Source: an uncultured Acidimicrobiia bacterium
Lineage (GTDB): Bacteria; Actinomycetota; Acidimicrobiia; Spongiisociales; JAENVV01
Length of the DNA: 64,000 nucleotides
Assembly (NCBI GenBank): GCA_963698385.1
Contig: CAVOQP010000009.1
Coordinates: 42,500-106,499 of the forward strand
Direction: 5' to 3'
How positions within the stretch are numbered: position 1 is the stretch's first letter; every line of letters starts with the position of its first letter. The position numbers and the translations under genes were made by a program. Of the stretch, positions 50,472 to 60,846 are shown in pieces. The notes below the pieces were generated by a model. That model was not told where the DNA came from. It was given only the letters and a program-made list of their open reading frames with translations, and searched no databases.

Positions 50472-51987
50472 GACTGAGCACGCGTTTCACCGCTCGACCG
50501 GTCACGCCCTTGTTCTTCTCGGCTCCATACCCGAACGTCGTGCTCCCGTGGCGAGCGCCCTTCTCGGCGAAGTCGACCAGGTCGGACTTCCGCACGAGGT
50601 AGCCGGTGATGCGGATGAAGTCGTTGGAGCCCACGTTGAAGGTGAAGTCCCGCATGCCTCCTGCGAACGCGCCCCGGATGATGTCGACCATCGCCTCGGG
50701 GTTCTCGATGACGGTGTCCTCGACGTGGAAGATGTCGCTGACCCCCGAGGCGAAGCAGTCGTGGTTGGGGGTGACCGCGCAGATGTGCTCGTAGAGGCCC
50801 GGTTCGGTCCCGACGGGGAGTCGCGATCCGACGGTGGAACTGGTGTCGGTGTCCAACCCGGCTTGGGAGTGGAGGAGCGCACGGTCGTTGGTGCCGGCGC
50901 AGTACGGCATCGGACGGGCTTCCACGAATTCGTGGAGCCAATGGACGATCCGATGGGCGAGTGCGTTCGCCTCCACGTCGTGGCCGTAGCGGACGTCCTT
51001 GCCCTCACGGGCGAGGAGCTCCTCCACGGCCTCCGCCAGGCCGACGATCCCGTACATGGCGGTGAATCGGTCGAGGGAGACGAATCCTTCGGTGGCGAGG
51101 AAGTCGTGCTCGAACCACGTGACGTCCTCGACGATGTGGCGGATTCGTGCCTCCATCAACTGGGCCAGCCACTCGGCGACTGTCGGGAGGGTCGAAGCGA
51201 AGAACGCTTCGGTGTCGCCGGTGTGCAGCAGGGCGGCTTCGCGCAGGTCGAGGCGGGAGAGGGTGTGGGAACCGCCGCCCCGCGGCAGCGAGTTGTAGCA
51301 GCTCACCACCCCGTACTCCTCGCCAAGGTCCCGCACCATGAGAGGGTGGTTGACGAAGTGGGGTTTGGCGGTGACGAAGACGGTCTTCACTCCCTCGAGG
51401 ATGAGGTCGTCGGGCGTGACATCGGGATCCACCCGCAGCGTGAGGTTGGGGACGACCTGTTTCAACTCCCGGTCCACCCGGAGGACGGATCGGCCGACCC
51501 GCGAATCATGTGGGCCGAGGTTGGCATGGGCGAACGCATCGGGGATGAGGCGGTCGGTGAGGCGGAGGAAGCGCCGCATCCGATAGTCGAGGTCTTCGTC
51601 GTCGATCCCGCCGACGTAGGGTTCGAGGAGCGTGTCGAGGTCGCCCAGGTAGACCGGATAGCCGGTGATCGACGGCACGTTGGCGTACATGACGAGCAGG
51701 AAGTCAAACGCCTCATCGAGGGTGGTGGGCGGGTCCATCTCGAGGAAGGCCGACCCGGTGGTGAACGCCTTGGCATAGTCGGGGAGGATGTAGCGGGGTC
51801 GGTAGGGGGCCGTTCCCTCGTACAGGTCGCAGATGATCCGTTTGTTGAGGGCCTCGGCCACGTCCTCGGGGAGGTCGACGTAGGCCTGGGAGCTCTCGGC
51901 GAGGTAGGCGAGGTGGTGGCGACGTTGGTGGAAGGAGAGTGTCGGGTCTTGGAGCACCCGCCGGACTTCGGCCTGCAGTTCGTTCAT
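50443..51987 (-). CDS. yjjI: YjjI-family glycyl radical enzyme
   Basis: ICDLYEGTAPYRPRYILPDY, PVYLGDLD, DAFAHANLGP, VVSCYNSLP (Cys loop), MRDFTFNV, IRITGYLVR (Gly loop); 514 aa, matching E. coli YjjI motifs as recalled. Confidence 0.92.
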   Translation of the reverse strand: MNELQAEVRRVLQDPTLSFHQRRHHLAYLAESSQAYVDLPEDVAEALNKRIICDLYEGTAPYRPRYILPDYAKAFTTGSAFLEMDPPTTLDEAFDFLLVMYANVPSITGYPVYLGDLDTLLEPYVGGIDDEDLDYRMRRFLRLTDRLIPDAFAHANLGPHDSRVGRSVLRVDRELKQVVPNLTLRVDPDVTPDDLILEGVKTVFVTAKPHFVNHPLMVRDLGEEYGVVSCYNSLPRGGGSHTLSRLDLREAALLHTGDTEAFFASTLPTVAEWLAQLMEARIRHIVEDVTWFEHDFLATEGFVSLDRFTAMYGIVGLAEAVEELLAREGKDVRYGHDVEANALAHRIVHWLHEFVEARPMPYCAGTNDRALLHSQAGLDTDTSSTVGSRLPVGTEPGLYEHICAVTPNHDCFASGVSDIFHVEDTVIENPEAMVDIIRGAFAGGMRDFTFNVGSNDFIRITGYLVRKSDLVDFAEKGARHGSTTFGYGAEKNKGVTGRAVKRVLSHELGARAPQ

Positions 51988-52003
51988 CGGTTGTCCCGTG
52001 TGA

Positions 52004-53659
52004 CTACCCCGAAGTGTAGGGGAGCGAGGCGGTCACCCATGCGGAGACGAGGCCCTGCAGGCCGTCCAGGGAGACGGTTCCCTGGCCGAGGCAGACGTCG
52101 TGGAATGCCTTGATGTCGAAGTCGTCCCTGAGCGCTTGCTCGGCCGCGGCTCGCATCGCCTCGATCTCGAGCCGGCCGATCATGTACCCGAGGGCTTGGC
52201 CGGGATCGGCTATGTACCGATCGATCTCGCCCTCGCATTGGCTGCGGGTCTTCGGTGAGTTGTCGACCATGTAGGTGATGGCGCGCTCGCGGCTCCACCC
52301 GAGGGCGTGGAGCCCGGTATCGACGACCAGGCGACACGCGCGCATCGAGTCGGCGGCCAGCATCCCGATGCGATCCAGCTCCGATGAGTAGAGCCCCATC
52401 TCATCGGCCAGGCGCTCCGTGTAGAGACCCCACCCCTCGTTGTAGCCGGGGAGGTACAACTGGCTGTGGAGGGCGTGGAGCCCGTCGATCTCGGCTGCCA
52501 GCGCGAACTGGAGGTGGTGGCCGGGGACACCCTCGTGGAAGGTCGTCGCCTCGACCTCGAACGTCCCCCACCGCGATGGGTCAGCGGCGTTGAAGAAGAA
52601 CCTGCCGGGGCGGTCCCCGGCCGGCGACGAGTAGTAGGCGAGCGCCCCGACGTCGGTGGACTCGACCTCGCAGGCCGCCACTGGCAGTGTCGCGAACCAA
52701 TCCTTGGCCGCGGCGGTGGCCCGAGCGAGCGCGGCCTGGGCATCGGCGACAAGGACATCCGCGTCCGAGTAGTGGAGGTCGGGGTCGGAGCGGAGGCGGT
52801 CGAAGATGGCAGGCAGATCGTTGAGGCCGAGCACGGGACCGGCGATCGAGCGGTACTCGTCGGCGAGCTTCTCGACCTGCTCGAGGCCGATCCGGTGCAC
52901 CTGCTCGGCTGTGTAGGCGTTCGTGGTGGAGCCACGCACCCGCCTGGCGTACAGGGCGTCGCCCTCGGGGAGATGGGTGAGACCGGGCTGGTCGTCGTTT
53001 CGCGCCGCCGGGAGCGTCACGGTGTCGAGCATGGTGCGATAGGAGGCGATGGCCGGGCGGACCGAGGACTCCACAGTCACGGTCAGGCGGTCCCGCCAGC
53101 CTTCGAACCCGTCGGCTGGTTCGGCCTGGCCGAGGATCGGGTCGCGGTCGATCGGTGAGGCCAGGTACCCATCGAGCCGGCTGATCATGGCGCTCACGTG
53201 GGTCCGGATGGGGACGACCCCGATCGCCGCTCCATCGATCAAGGCGTCCTGGAGTTGGGCGACGAGCATCGGGAGCTTGGCGAGCTTGGTGAGATAGCGC
53301 TCACCATCTGAAGCGGTGACGAGCGGCTGGCGGGGGAGGTGGGCAAAGAGAGCCACCAGCACGCCGACCTCGGGATTGGGAGCATTGAGCATGGCCCCCC
53401 ACTCCAGTTGGGCAGCCATGTCCTGCGCGGTGTCGGCCACGGTCCTGGTCGTAGCCAGCTCGGCCGAGGATGATGCGGCGGTGGCTGTAGCCCGCGCAGC
53501 AAAGTCGACGAGGGCCTGCTGGTAGGAGGCCACCCCCTCGGCGGAGAAGTCCTGCCACTCCTCCAAGTGGGTGAGGTCGCCCGCCCACAAGGCCCAGAGG
53601 TGGTCGTGGGAGTGCCTGAGCCCCCAGTAGTCGTCGGCGAGGTCGTGTACGGAGGACAT
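52004..53659 (-). CDS. DUF885-family protein (no signal peptide)
   Basis: TFHEGVPGHHLQ, YNEGWGLYTE, RACRLVVDTGLH, EIDRYIADPGQALGYMIG, FDIKAFHD. Confidence 0.9.
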   Translation of the reverse strand: MSSVHDLADDYWGLRHSHDHLWALWAGDLTHLEEWQDFSAEGVASYQQALVDFAARATATAASSSAELATTRTVADTAQDMAAQLEWGAMLNAPNPEVGVLVALFAHLPRQPLVTASDGERYLTKLAKLPMLVAQLQDALIDGAAIGVVPIRTHVSAMISRLDGYLASPIDRDPILGQAEPADGFEGWRDRLTVTVESSVRPAIASYRTMLDTVTLPAARNDDQPGLTHLPEGDALYARRVRGSTTNAYTAEQVHRIGLEQVEKLADEYRSIAGPVLGLNDLPAIFDRLRSDPDLHYSDADVLVADAQAALARATAAAKDWFATLPVAACEVESTDVGALAYYSSPAGDRPGRFFFNAADPSRWGTFEVEATTFHEGVPGHHLQFALAAEIDGLHALHSQLYLPGYNEGWGLYTERLADEMGLYSSELDRIGMLAADSMRACRLVVDTGLHALGWSRERAITYMVDNSPKTRSQCEGEIDRYIADPGQALGYMIGRLEIEAMRAAAEQALRDDFDIKAFHDVCLGQGTVSLDGLQGLVSAWVTASLPYTSG

Positions 53660-53675
53660 GGGAGGAGCCTACGGT

Positions 53676-53795
53676 CGAGTCCCGAGTCCCGAGCCCCGTC
53701 TCATCGGCCTCGTTCCAGGTCTGTCCCCCCGACGAAGTCGGGGGGAAGGGGGCCCCGCTGTGTCCGAGTGAAGCGAGGACCTCAGCGGGTAGGGG
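53676..53795. repeat. Heptamers (CGAGTCC)x2-3 plus one REP-like copy (53719-53795)
   Basis: GTCTGTCCCCCCGACGAAGTCGGGGGGAAGG...GGGTAGGGG. Confidence 0.85.
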
Positions 53796-53830
53796 AGCTA
53801 CAGCCAACTTCCGCTTGCTCGTGCTCGCGC

Positions 53831-54652
53831 TCAGACGATCGACCAGCGACCGTCCGCGGCCACCCTCACGATGCCCTCATTGCTCAGCTGTTCGAGGGCC
53901 GCCTCGACGCGGGCGACGACCATCGACTCCGCCATGGCGATCTCGGTGGCCGCACCAGGCCCGGCGATGAGGGAGCGGATCACGGCTCCTCGGGCTTGAC
54001 GTCGGGACCCCTCGAATCGACCCTGGGCGCGCGGCGGCGCATAGATGGTCGGGTCGAGACAGTCCGATGCCACCGGGCAGATCGAGCACGCGGGGTCGCG
54101 TGGGGTGCAGACGGAGGCGCCGAGGTCCATGAGTGCCTGGTTCCAGTCGGCAGCCAAGCCATCCGGTAGCTCGCGCTCGGCGAAGTCGTGGAGTGCGCGG
54201 CGTTCGAGAGCCTTCCCGGCCCATCGGCTGAGAACTCGCCGGACGTTGGTGTCGACCGCCGGCACCTGTACCCCGAAGGAGAAACATGCCACCGCGGCGG
54301 CCGTGTACGGGCCAACCCCGGGAAGGCCTTGGAGTCCTTCCAGGGTGGTGGGCCAGCCGGTCTCAGCGATCCGCGTGGCCGCAGCCTGGAGTCGTATCGC
54401 ACGGTCGTTGTACCCCAATCCCGACCAGACGGAGAGGACTTCCGCCCGGGGAGCGGCCGCGCAATCGGCCGGGGTCGGGAACCGCTCCATGAACGCCTGC
54501 CACTTCGGGATCACTCGCGGCACCTGCGTCTGCTGCGCCATCACCTCCGACACGAGGATCGCCCATGGGTCGGTGGTTCTCCTCCAGGCGACCTCCCGCT
54601 GGTGGCGGCCGTACCAGGCGAGGAGCGCTTCCGTGCGCAGCGTGTTCTCCAC
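53831..54652 (-). CDS. mutY: A/G-specific adenine glycosylase MutY (short form)
   Basis: PWAILVSEVMAQQTQV, WSGLGY, LPGVGPYTAAAV, VDTNVRRV, ALMDLGASVC...CSICPVASDC FeS loop. Confidence 0.9.
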   Translation of the reverse strand: MENTLRTEALLAWYGRHQREVAWRRTTDPWAILVSEVMAQQTQVPRVIPKWQAFMERFPTPADCAAAPRAEVLSVWSGLGYNDRAIRLQAAATRIAETGWPTTLEGLQGLPGVGPYTAAAVACFSFGVQVPAVDTNVRRVLSRWAGKALERRALHDFAERELPDGLAADWNQALMDLGASVCTPRDPACSICPVASDCLDPTIYAPPRAQGRFEGSRRQARGAVIRSLIAGPGAATEIAMAESMVVARVEAALEQLSNEGIVRVAADGRWSIV

Positions 54653-54828
54653 CGATCTTCTCCGGCTAGTGGTACGTCTCCGAATTGGCTGGGTCGTCTC
54701 CCGGGCGCTCAGTCGCCCCTCCCGGCGTCTTCCACCTTGACGCATCCACCGATGCGCCTGCGGTGTGCGTCCTTGGGAGAGACGATGATCACTCCGGGAC
54801 ACGCCACCATCAATTCACAGACACACCA

Positions 54829-56763
54829 CTAGGGAGCGACGGTGGTGGTGGTCACAGGGATGGTGGTCGTCGTAGTGGTGGTGGTCGTGGTGGCCGGGGC
54901 GACGTAGAGGATGACCGTGATCGTGTCGCCCGGTTGGGCCTCGGCCCCTGCCGAGGGGAACTGATCGGCGATGGTGCCGGCCTTCTCGAAGTCCTCGATG
55001 ATGGCGTTTGACACGCTGAGCAGCAGGCCGAGTTCGGCCAGGGCTGCCGTCGCATCTTCCTCGGTCATGCCGATGAGGCTCGGCACCTCCCTGGGTTCGG
55101 GACCGTCCGAGACGTAGACGATGACGGTGGATCCGACGTCGACCTCCCCGGTGGCCGGGTCGGTCTTGGTGACGAAGTCGACGTCGTACTCGTCGGAGAA
55201 CTCGCGGGTCTCCTGCACGATGAGGCCTTCAGCTTGAAGACGGAATCGCACTGTCTGGAAGAGGTCCCCGGAGAAGTCCTCCATGGTGAAGGTGCCCGGG
55301 CCGGACGACACGAAGAGCTCGACCGTACCTCCCACGGGGTGGGAAGTCCCGGCGACCGGATCCGTTCCCACCGCGGACCCGGGCGGGATGTCAGCGTGTG
55401 GAAGAGGGGTGACTTGTCCCACGGTGAGGTTGGCGCCTTCGAGAGCCCGACGCGCATCAGCCTCCGAAAGCCCCTCGACACTCGGCACTTGGGTGGTCTC
55501 GGTCCCGACGGAGATGAAGATGGAGACCTTCTCGCCCTGCGTGAAGCGAGTACCGCCGGCCGGGTCGGTGTCGATCGCCAGGCCCGAGGCGATGGTGGCG
55601 TGGTTGCGGTTCTTCAGTTCTGGCTCGAAGCCCGCTGCGAGGACCGCATTGATGGCGTCGGTTTGGGTCATGTTGGTGACGATCGGGACTATCCCGGTCT
55701 CGGCGACGTCATCGTTGCCTCCGCCGAATCCCAAGCCTTGGAAGAGGAGCCAGATGCCGAACGCCAGGGCGGCGAGCATCGCGAACGCCGTGAGGATGAA
55801 GGGGATCTGGTTCGGCGGGCGCTCCTCGACTTCCCGGTAGGCCTGGGTCGGTGAGACCGTGGGGGGCGCAGCCACCACGCCGGTGAGGATCCGGGTCGGG
55901 GTGTCGGCCTGCATGACGGGCGCCGGCATCACGGGTTCCTCCCCGCGGAGCGAGGCCAGGAGGTCGGAGCGAAGGTCGATGGCGGCCTGGTAGCGATCCG
56001 CAGGCTGTTTCTGGAGGGCCCGCATCGTGATGGCGTCGAGAGCCGCGGGGACGTCGCCGCTGAGACTGCGGATGGGAGCCACCGCCGAGGACACGTGCTG
56101 GTAGGCGACAGCGACAGGGCTGTCGCCCCGGAAGGGCGGGGCACCGACCAGCATCTCGTAGAGGACGACGCCGAGGCTGTAGAGGTCGGAGCGGGCATCG
56201 GCCGATTCGCCTTGTGCCTGCTCGGGCGAGAAGTAGGTGGCGGTGCCGATCACGGCGCCGGTGCGGGTGAGTTCCTGGGAGTCGTCCCACGCCCGGGCGA
56301 TCCCGAAGTCGGTCACCTTCACCGTGCCATCGGTGGTGATCAGGATGTTCCCCGGCTTCACGTCCCGGTGGACGAGGCCCGCTTGGTGGGCGACGGCCAA
56401 CGCCGAGGAAACCTCGGCCGCGATCTCGGTGGCACGCCGCGGAAGGAGTGCTCCCTCGGATCGGAGGATGTCGCGGAGGGAACGCCCGTCGATGAGTTCC
56501 ATGACGATGAAGTACGTCATGCCCTCCTGGCCCCAGTCGAAGATCGAGACGATGTTGGGGTGCGAGAGGTTGGCAGCCGCCTGGGCTTCGCGGCGGAAGC
56601 GCTTGACGAAGGACTCGTCGTTGGAGAATTGCGGATGCAGCACCTTCACCGCCACGCGGCGGTTGAGTGCACGATCCTGGGCCTGCCACACGTCGGCCAT
56701 TCCGCCGCGAGCGATGTGGGAGATCAGTTCGTACCGATCGGCGAGCAGGTGACCGGATTCCAT
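54829..56763 (-). CDS. pknB: PASTA-domain Ser/Thr kinase PknB
   Basis: IARGGMADV, VAVKVL, HRDVKPGN, TDFGIA, GTATYFSPEQ, TM, PASTA repeats. Confidence 0.95.
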   Translation of the reverse strand: MESGHLLADRYELISHIARGGMADVWQAQDRALNRRVAVKVLHPQFSNDESFVKRFRREAQAAANLSHPNIVSIFDWGQEGMTYFIVMELIDGRSLRDILRSEGALLPRRATEIAAEVSSALAVAHQAGLVHRDVKPGNILITTDGTVKVTDFGIARAWDDSQELTRTGAVIGTATYFSPEQAQGESADARSDLYSLGVVLYEMLVGAPPFRGDSPVAVAYQHVSSAVAPIRSLSGDVPAALDAITMRALQKQPADRYQAAIDLRSDLLASLRGEEPVMPAPVMQADTPTRILTGVVAAPPTVSPTQAYREVEERPPNQIPFILTAFAMLAALAFGIWLLFQGLGFGGGNDDVAETGIVPIVTNMTQTDAINAVLAAGFEPELKNRNHATIASGLAIDTDPAGGTRFTQGEKVSIFISVGTETTQVPSVEGLSEADARRALEGANLTVGQVTPLPHADIPPGSAVGTDPVAGTSHPVGGTVELFVSSGPGTFTMEDFSGDLFQTVRFRLQAEGLIVQETREFSDEYDVDFVTKTDPATGEVDVGSTVIVYVSDGPEPREVPSLIGMTEEDATAALAELGLLLSVSNAIIEDFEKAGTIADQFPSAGAEAQPGDTITVILYVAPATTTTTTTTTTIPVTTTTVAP

Positions 56764-56861
56764 GGGACCCGTGCAGTGTAGGGATGGGACGGTTTTCAGC
56801 CGCTCAGTCGCGGCATGTCGTCGGTCCCGGAGGAAGGAATGGGATCGCGATGCGCTCCCGG

Positions 56862-58289
56862 TCAGCGCTCCAGGAGCCAGTATTCGAAGAGCGTTCGGGC
56901 GATGGGAGCCGCAATGGTCCCTCCCGAACCGTCCACCCCACCGCCCTCCACGACGATCGCCAAGGCGATGATCGGGTCATCCGCGGGCGCGAAGCCGATG
57001 AACCATGCTGGTGGGTTGGCGCCTGCCTCACTTGTCCCTGTCTTACCCGCGACGCGGACTCCCTGTATGCGGGTTCGCGTCCCGGTGCCGTGTTCCACCG
57101 CGTCGACCATCATCTCGGTGAGGATGTTGGCCGTGGACGGTGACATCGCCCGGCCGAGCGAGGTTGCGACCTGCTGGTCGAGCGGGGCCCCGTCAGCATC
57201 GAAGACCGCCTCGATGAGGAACGGTCGCATCACGTCACCGTCGTTGGCGATGGCAGCAGCAACGAGCGCCATCTGGAGTGGTGTCGCTCGAACGTCCCGC
57301 TCCCCGATCCCGGCCTGGGCGAGCGCCGCTGCATCGGCCGAATAGTCGGGGAAGACCGACGCCACCGTGGGGAGTCCGAAGGGGATCGGGCTGTTGAAGC
57401 CGAAGAGCTCCGCGCGGGTCCTGATCGCATCGCTCCCGAGCGTCATTGCCAGGCTGGCGAACGGGATGTTGCACGACCGGACGACTGCCGTGTGCAGGGT
57501 GACCTCGCCTCCGCCCGCGCAGGTGTCTCCACCGGCGTTGCGGAGGATGGCTGTTGAACCGGGTAGCTCGAGGCCGGCGAGGTCAGGGAACGCTGTGTCG
57601 TCGTCGGCCATCCCGGATTCGATCGCCTCGGCCGCCACGATGAGTTTGAACGTGGAGGCCGGCGGATAGGTCGCAGATCGGGCACGGTCGACGAGTGGCG
57701 AGGTCGGGTCTGCCTCCACTTCGGAGGCGTAGGCGGGATCGGGGATGCGGGTGGGGTCGAAGCCCGGGCGTGATACCCATGCGAGGACGGCGCCGGTCTT
57801 CGGATCCAGGACGACGATGGCGCCCAGTCGGTCGCCGAGGCCGTCGGCGGCGAGTTGCTGCAGGGTGGCGTCGAGGCTGAGCCGGAGGCTCTGGGGACGC
57901 AGGTCGCCACCGAACATCGCCGTGAGCATGTCGGAGATCGCCAGGTCCTGGCGGGAGCGGAGGCGGGCCGAGAAGGCGGCTTCGATGCCAGCTTCGCCGA
58001 ACAGCACGGTGGAGTAGCCGATGGGATGCGACCCGATCTCGCCCAACGGGTACTTGCGGGTGAAGGCGCGTTGGGCGGCCGAGGTCTCTTCGCTTGCTGC
58101 CAGGACCGTCCCGTTGCGGTCGACGATGACTCCTCGCTCCTTGTCGGCCTCTGCGATGAGGACCCGCGAGTTGGCGGGGTCGGTGCGATAGCGGGAGGCG
58201 GCAACCGCCTGGATGTAGGTCGTGGAGAGGAGCAGCAGTCCGAGTCCCACGAAGAGGGCGTAGACCACGCGACGGATGGGACCGTTCAT
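56862..58289 (-). CDS. pbpA: Class B penicillin-binding protein PbpA
   Basis: YPPASTFK (SxxK), RSCN (SxN), AGKTGT. Confidence 0.92.
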   Translation of the reverse strand: MNGPIRRVVYALFVGLGLLLLSTTYIQAVAASRYRTDPANSRVLIAEADKERGVIVDRNGTVLAASEETSAAQRAFTRKYPLGEIGSHPIGYSTVLFGEAGIEAAFSARLRSRQDLAISDMLTAMFGGDLRPQSLRLSLDATLQQLAADGLGDRLGAIVVLDPKTGAVLAWVSRPGFDPTRIPDPAYASEVEADPTSPLVDRARSATYPPASTFKLIVAAEAIESGMADDDTAFPDLAGLELPGSTAILRNAGGDTCAGGGEVTLHTAVVRSCNIPFASLAMTLGSDAIRTRAELFGFNSPIPFGLPTVASVFPDYSADAAALAQAGIGERDVRATPLQMALVAAAIANDGDVMRPFLIEAVFDADGAPLDQQVATSLGRAMSPSTANILTEMMVDAVEHGTGTRTRIQGVRVAGKTGTSEAGANPPAWFIGFAPADDPIIALAIVVEGGGVDGSGGTIAAPIARTLFEYWLLER

Positions 58290-59581
58290 ACCCGCTCCTC
58301 GTGGGAGATGCGCGCCAAGAGGGCCAGGAGCATGAAGTTGGCGACGAGTGAGGAACCGCCGTACGACATGAACGGGAGGGTGATCCCGGTGAGGGGAAGG
58401 AGTCGGACGATCCCACCGATGATCAGGATGGTCTGGATCCCGAAGATGAAGGTGAGACCGGCCGCGAACAGCCTCCTGAACTGGTTCCGGGATCGGAGGG
58501 CGATGCCCGCCCCGGCAGCGACCATCAGGCCGTAGAGCGCGATGACCACCACGGACCCCGCGAGGCCCAGTTCCTCACCGACCGCCGCGTAGATGAAGTC
58601 GGTTGCCGCGAATGGGATGAGGTCGGGTCGCCCGAGCCCGAGCCCGGCGCCGGTCAGGCTTCCGCTCCCCATGGCATACAGCCCCTGGACGATCTGGTAG
58701 CCGGACCCGAACGGATCTTCGAATGGTTGGAGCCAGGCCGAGATGCGGACCTGGACGTGGTCGAACACACGCCAGGCAACGACGCCGCCGACCAGGAAGA
58801 GACCTCCGCCGATGCCGAGGTAGGAAACCTGCCCGGTGGCCGCGTAGAGGAGGGTGATGAATGCCGCGAACAGCAGGAGGGACGCCCCGAGGTCCCGTTG
58901 GGCGATCATCACGGCGAAGCTCGCCACCCAGGCGATGGCGACCGGCATGAGTTGGCGGGGATCGGGGATCGTCACACCGCCGAGCTTGTGTGTGACCTGG
59001 GAGAGGGCTGCCTGGTTGTCGGAGAGGAAGGCGGCCAGGAATGCCACGAGGAGGAGTTTGGCGATCTCGCCCGGTTGGAACCCGAGGGTGATCGTGTCCC
59101 AGCCGAGCGTGACCCACAGTCGTGAGCCGTTCACAAGACGGCCCCGAATGGGGAGCGACCCGTCGAGGGGGAGGAGCGGGAGCAGGAGGAGGATGAGAGC
59201 GCTGGCCAGCATCAGGAATCGATAGCGGCGGAGGAGATCGAGGCCTTGGTCGCGGAGCAGGGCCAGCAAGCCGACGGCCAGGGCGGCTGCAATCAGGAAC
59301 CACCAGCGCTGGAGGGAACCGAGCCGAGGGTCGAGCCGGTAGACCTCGACGAAGCCGATGGCGCCGAGCGCGGCCGCGATGAGGAGGGGGTGCACGGTTG
59401 CCCTGGGGGCAAAGACCTTGATGCCGAGGTAGAGCCCGGCGAAGGCAAGGCCGAACACGAGGAAGCTGAGGCCTACTTCGGCATCGACGTTCTGGCCGCG
59501 GGAGAGGTTCACGAATGCGGTGCCGTACCCGACCAGCACCGATGCTGCAGCGAGGAACGCGAACTCGCCGCGGCGGGTCAC
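58286..59581 (-). CDS. rodA: FtsW/RodA/SpoVE SEDS glycosyltransferase
   Basis: FQPGEIAKL, QRDLGASL, ATDFIYAAVGEELG, LPLTGITLPFMSYGGSS. Confidence 0.93.
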   Translation of the reverse strand: MTRRGEFAFLAAASVLVGYGTAFVNLSRGQNVDAEVGLSFLVFGLAFAGLYLGIKVFAPRATVHPLLIAAALGAIGFVEVYRLDPRLGSLQRWWFLIAAALAVGLLALLRDQGLDLLRRYRFLMLASALILLLLPLLPLDGSLPIRGRLVNGSRLWVTLGWDTITLGFQPGEIAKLLLVAFLAAFLSDNQAALSQVTHKLGGVTIPDPRQLMPVAIAWVASFAVMIAQRDLGASLLLFAAFITLLYAATGQVSYLGIGGGLFLVGGVVAWRVFDHVQVRISAWLQPFEDPFGSGYQIVQGLYAMGSGSLTGAGLGLGRPDLIPFAATDFIYAAVGEELGLAGSVVVIALYGLMVAAGAGIALRSRNQFRRLFAAGLTFIFGIQTILIIGGIVRLLPLTGITLPFMSYGGSSLVANFMLLALLARISHEERV

Positions 59582-60288
59582 GTCTGTACGTCGACCACCA
59601 CGACGGTGATGTTGTCCTGGCCGCCGGCCTGGTTTGCCGCCTCCACGAGGGCCCACGCGGCCGCTTCGACGGTGCCGGTGCCGCCGATGGTGCGGATTGC
59701 TCCGTCCCCGATCATGCCGTTCAGTCCATCGGAGCACACGATCAAGCGGTCCTTCGGTTTGAGGGTGACCTCGAACTCGTCGACTTCGACTTCCGGGGCG
59801 ACGCCCACAGAACGGGTCAACATGCCTCGGCGCGGATGGGTCTTGGCGTCATCGGCCGTTATGGCGCCGATGGCCACCCACTCGGAGACGATGGTGTGGT
59901 CGTTGGTGAGTTGTTCCATCTTGCGTCCCCTGAGGAGGTAGGCCCGCGAGTCGCCCACGTGTCCGAAGTGGGCGGTGCCGTCCTCGCCGAGCAGGGCCAG
60001 CGTGATCGTCGTCCCCATCCCGGTGAGGCTGGGGTGCTCCTGGGCCTCGCCGAAGACGGCCCGGTTGGCGGCGCCGATGCGGGTGGTTGGGGTCCCTTCG
60101 GTGGAGACAGCCACGGCCATGGCGGTGGCAGAGGCCACTTCTCCGCCGGCGGCTCCCCCCATTCCGTCAGCGACCGCGACGATTGCTCGCCCACTGTCTG
60201 CCCGTCCCGACACGGCGGGGTAGGGGGTGTCCTGGTTGTTGGCGCGCACCCGTCCCTGGTGTGTGGCCACTGCCCACAAGTACTTCAC
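59578..60288 (-). CDS. pstP: PP2C-family Ser/Thr phosphatase (PstP-like, soluble)
   Basis: GRVRANNQD, VADGMGG, GMGTT, HVGDSRAY, CSDGL, GGQDNIT. Start moved to GTG 60288 with a GGAG RBS. Confidence 0.9.
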   Translation of the reverse strand: MKYLWAVATHQGRVRANNQDTPYPAVSGRADSGRAIVAVADGMGGAAGGEVASATAMAVAVSTEGTPTTRIGAANRAVFGEAQEHPSLTGMGTTITLALLGEDGTAHFGHVGDSRAYLLRGRKMEQLTNDHTIVSEWVAIGAITADDAKTHPRRGMLTRSVGVAPEVEVDEFEVTLKPKDRLIVCSDGLNGMIGDGAIRTIGGTGTVEAAAWALVEAANQAGGQDNITVVVVDVQT

Positions 60289-60435
60289 GACTTCTCCAAT
60301 GGCGAGGCGGTCATCGTAGAGGGCGGGACGGTATGGGAGGGGCGCCGCCATTCGTTCCTGGGTCATCAGACTCCATCGACCGGCATGAGACGACCCCAGG
60401 AGGCAGGTGCGAGCAGGGGTGCGGCCGGCGAGGGC

Positions 60436-60846
60436 TCAACGGACCTCCATCACGGTCTTGCCGACCTGCACGGCGTCGCCTTTCGAGAGGGCGACGGGTG
60501 AGGTGACGCGTCGCCCGTTGAGATAGGTGCCGTTGGTGCTCCCCAGGTCGTGGAGCATCAGGCCGGTTCCCTCGGCCGTGAACCGAAGGTGGAACTCGGA
60601 GGCGTAGGGGTCATCGAGGATCACGTCCGCGTCGTCGCTCCGCCCGAACACCAGCGCATCCTTGACGGGATAGGTCTGGCCGGACTGGGTATCGGAGCGG
60701 ACGACGACGATCTCGCTCACCCGACGGCGGGGGTTGGCGGCCAACCGACCGACATGGGCACCCATCGATCGGGCGATCTGCCATGTGAACAGGAAGAGGA
60801 GCCCAAGGAAGATCAGGCGGAGGAGCGTGAGGATGAAGTCGGTCAT
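60436..60846 (-). CDS. fhaB: FHA-domain protein FhaB/FipA
   Basis: N-terminal TM; FGRS, ASEFH, DLGSTNGT. Confidence 0.88.
   Translation of the reverse strand: MTDFILTLLRLIFLGLLFLFTWQIARSMGAHVGRLAANPRRRVSEIVVVRSDTQSGQTYPVKDALVFGRSDDADVILDDPYASEFHLRFTAEGTGLMLHDLGSTNGTYLNGRRVTSPVALSKGDAVQVGKTVMEVR

Noticed and set aside
54840-54900. ACC/GTG-type trinucleotide runs here and in several lipoprotein genes
   Set aside because: They encode ordinary Thr/Pro-rich linkers within CDSs.
54829-58289. Absence of pknA between pknB and pbpA as a novelty
   Set aside because: A single kinase in this cluster is common outside Corynebacteriales.
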